Below are positions 61,140-64,000 of a stretch of 64,000 nucleotides of DNA, piece after piece; positions within the stretch are counted from its first letter, which is position 1; every line of letters starts with the position of its first letter. A program made the position numbers and the translations under genes. This stretch comes from Lama guanicoe (lineage: Eukaryota), in the NCBI GenBank assembly GCA_013239625.1, contig MU053881.1, forward strand, positions 8,825,957 to 8,889,956, given 5' to 3'. Under the pieces are notes generated by a model that made no database searches, was not told the origin of the DNA, and was given only the letters and a program-made list of their open reading frames with translations.

Positions 61140-62460
61140 ACTTCATTTCTGTTTGTTTATTGGCCTAATATTTACTAAGTGTCTGTTCTGGGCTGGGCAC
61201 TGTGCTAGGTAAATGCAGAGCATCAAATGGGACACAAGGAGACAGGGTTCTTGTCTCCAAGGGGCTTAAATCCAACGTCGAAGCAGTCAGATGGTGAGCC
61301 CAGTAACAGAGGGGGCATGGGGAGATACGGAAGGGGGGCGAACCCAGATCAGGGAGACCAGAAGGCCTTCTGGGAGAAGGACCACCACGTGCAAGGACCC
61401 TAAAGCGTGAGCACGCCGGATTCGGGAACTATGGACGGAGTGGGGTGAATGGTGAGAGGCGGGGATGGGGACATGCCTAGGAGCCTTGTGCGATGTGCTA
61501 TAAGGTATAGGCTACATCCAGGGATCAAGGGAGTCCCACCAAAGAGCTTTAAGCAGCAGAGAGACTTGTTCAGATATGCAGTTTATGGAAATTGCTACCT
61601 GAACTGTGGAAAAGAATTAGATGACAGAAACTAAAAGAGAGAAGAATCAGTTAAAACCAATTAGGTCTTCAGACAAAGATAACAGTAACTTGAGCCAAAG
61701 TAAGTAGTTGCAAGGACATAAAAATATTTAAGGGTCAAATTTGATAGGGTTTGGCTACTTATTCCAGGCAGAACTGAGTAAGAGGAAGGGTGGTTCCTAG
61801 GTTTCTGGCTTGAGTGACTGGATGCTAGGGGCATGCACTGACATGAGGAACACCAGAGACAAATCACGTGGAAAGAATATGTTTGGGGTTGAATGCACTG
61901 ATTTTTTTTTTTTTTTGAGTTTCGTTTCAGAGCTGTTGTAACTGCATTGCCTACTGGACATCCTAGTGGAAAAATCCAGGAATACCCACCTGAGTGGAAA
62001 CACCCAGGTGTATTGGGTGGAAGATCTGACTTTGGAGGAATGGACACCAGGGCCATAAACTCATAGTAATTTTAGTTATGAGCATAGATGGTCACCCGCG
62101 AGAGACTGCATAAAAAGGAAAGGAAAGGGGGCCTGGGTTAACAGATACCCTGACTTTTAAGGGGTAAGCAGAGAAGGGGGCATCAACAGGAAGACAGGAG
62201 AATCCAGCAACAAAGGAATGGGAATGAGAAAAATGTGGAACCATAGATGCCACAGGAAATGTCATTTCGAGGAGGAAGAGTGAAGGGGGTAAATAGAAGC
62301 TATGATGAGAAATGTTTATTAAATTTAGCAGATACAGGGTTATTTGTGAATGTAGTAAAAGCAGTTACTAAGTAAGGAAAAATAATAGGTTGCAGAGTGT
62401 GTGGGAAGTGAGAAAGCAGAGAGAGAGGCTACGCAACTCTTTCAAGAAATTTCTCAAGGA
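61140..62460 (-). mobile_element. Long L2 fragment
   Basis: atatttactaagtgtc...gggcactgtgctagg at the 3' end; aaagagctttaagcag, ctaggtttctggcttgagtgactggatg, tttttgagtttcgtttcag...ggacatcc, ctctttcaagaaattt. Confidence 0.75.
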
Positions 62461-62671
62461 GAGGAGTAATTCCCCACATATTTAAATCCTGTTGGCAAGG
62501 ATCCTCCAGAGAAGAAGAAGGTGGGACCAGTGAGGATCTAGAACACAGGCAGAGAGAGGGAACGGGGTTGATGCTTCTTCCAACGTCACAGAAGCCACAC
62601 AGGAGGCGTGGAGCTCTACTCTCACACCCAGCATCTCATAGCTCTGTCCTGCCCTGTGTGGGGTTGGATGC

Positions 62672-63140
62672 TGCTGTGGGGTGAATTCGTTGTGTCCCTC
62701 CAAAAGACACATTGAAGTCTTAAGCCCTGGTACCTATCAAAATGACCTTATTTGGAAAGACGGTCTTTGCAGATGTAACTAAAATGAGGTTATACTGGGT
62801 TAGGGTGAGCTTTACATCCAAGTGCTGGTATCCTTAAAAAGGGACAGAAATTCAGGGGATCCAGGGATTTCGGGACATACAGGGGGAAGATGGCCACGTG
62901 AAGATGGAGACAGAGATTGAGTCACGCTACAACCAAAAAATGCCAAGGATTTCCAGCAACCACCGCAAGTGAGGAGACACAAGGAAAGACTGTTGCCTAG
63001 AAACTTCAGAAGGAACGTGGACCAGCAAATACCTTTATTTTGAACTTCTAGCATCTAGAACTCTAAGAGAGTACATCTCTGCTATTATAAATCACCCAGT
63101 TTGTGGTGCCTTGTAACAGTCACCCTAGGAAACTTACAAA
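62672..63140 (+). mobile_element. MaLR solo LTR (MLT1B/C-like)
   Basis: tgctgtggggtgaatt...gaccttatttggaaa...gtctttgcagatgtaa...gccacgtgaagatggagacagagattg...cccagtttgtggt...ccctaggaaac; 5-bp TSD gatgc at 62667-62671 and 63141-63145. Confidence 0.9.
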
Positions 63141-64000
63141 GATGCTAAGGCCATGCATTCCCCAAGGCTAGTCCTCCACATTGTGACTGGTCACCAAAAA
63201 CTTATCAAAAGGGGTAACTATCTCAAAGGTACCATCAACTCAGGAGAGCAGCTACGGAAAAGGATGAAGAGAGAAATATTCCTTAGGTCCAGAGAAGACA
63301 ATAGATTGGACGAACATGCGTCTCTTCTCATCATGCCCCAGGGTGGCTTTTCTGTCCTTCCTGACACTGATCAGGCTCATGTCCGCAATCATAGATGGTC
63401 TCGGATCTAAAAACGTTACAGCAACCTTCAGTCAACAGGCCCAGGTCAGAAGACCTTACTGGGGATGCATCCACCCTTTTTTGTTGCCCCAATCTACCAC
63501 TGTCCTTTTAAAGCTAGACCAAATAAGGATGCCTTAGCTCATCTCAACTGCTACCAAGTGCTAAATGACATGAAAAGACCAAAGAAATGACCCTTGTCTT
63601 GAAGTGGTGACAGTTTCATGTTGACACAAGTGACTCATATGCATGAAATACCAAGAGAGTATTACAGATCAGAATGTAATGAGGTGCTAAATTGAATAAG
63701 GCAGACTATAAGAGCATTGTGCCTTTCTGACTCTGGCTGAAGTTGGGCTGAGTGGGGAAAGCTTTGAGGGAACAGATGGCACCTGTGCTTGGATGGAGAC
63801 GGGGTTACTAATGAGGAGGAAGAGTTGCTAGGATTATCTTCTCTGTCTCATGCCATCCTAAGCCTGGGAGTTTTCAGCAAGGCTGAGGGCTGCATTGGGG
63901 TAAAGCTCTAAAACCCTAACAACTCCATACAGACAGATCTGCAGATCTGATGAAAATGCTCCAGGGCCCAACCGTTCAAGGGCACACCGCCTGGTATCAC

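Noticed and set aside
1-64000. ORF track entries as protein-coding genes
   Set aside because: All are short, many use non-ATG starts or lie in repeats, none resembles a protein family I recognise, and no chain of in-frame exons could be built
1-64000. Prokaryotic-type system (CRISPR, operon, defence island)
   Set aside because: Sequence is mammalian; no repeat-spacer arrays or operon-like coding density

Overview
This is mammalian, not microbial, DNA. Two copies of a tRNA-derived SINE of the camelid (vic-1-like) type, cetartiodactyl/camelid-style L1 3' ends, and the absence of Alu, B1/B2, BovA/BovB and PRE1 point to a camelid draft assembly with six N gaps. No protein-coding exon, RNA gene, CRISPR array or prokaryotic system is supported, and the ORF track looks like chance ORFs in intronic/intergenic DNA. 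The window is a mosaic of ancient repeats (MIR, L2, old L1, hAT MER5/MER58/MER81/MER102, MLT1 LTRs), younger lineage insertions (SINE, L1 3' ends, a solo ERV1-type LTR) and repeat-poor unique stretches. Its centrepiece is a CpG-rich, repeat-free region at about 29.6-33.9 kb broken by three gaps, probably a promoter whose first exon is unassembled. Several CpG patches with minus-strand splice donors (about 23.0, 19.6 and 16.7 kb) could be alternative first exons, and homeodomain/PBX/MEIS-motif-rich segments suggest the regulatory landscape of a large developmental gene that I cannot name. The best-supported oddities are retrotransposition footprints: a triple target-site duplication from two insertions at one site, an L1 inside an L1 at the homologous position, and a nested LTR. 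Some ancient repeats are also abnormally CpG-rich. Repeat family names are from recalled consensus sequences and boundaries are approximate unless a TSD is quoted. I did not find a demonstrably new biological system.
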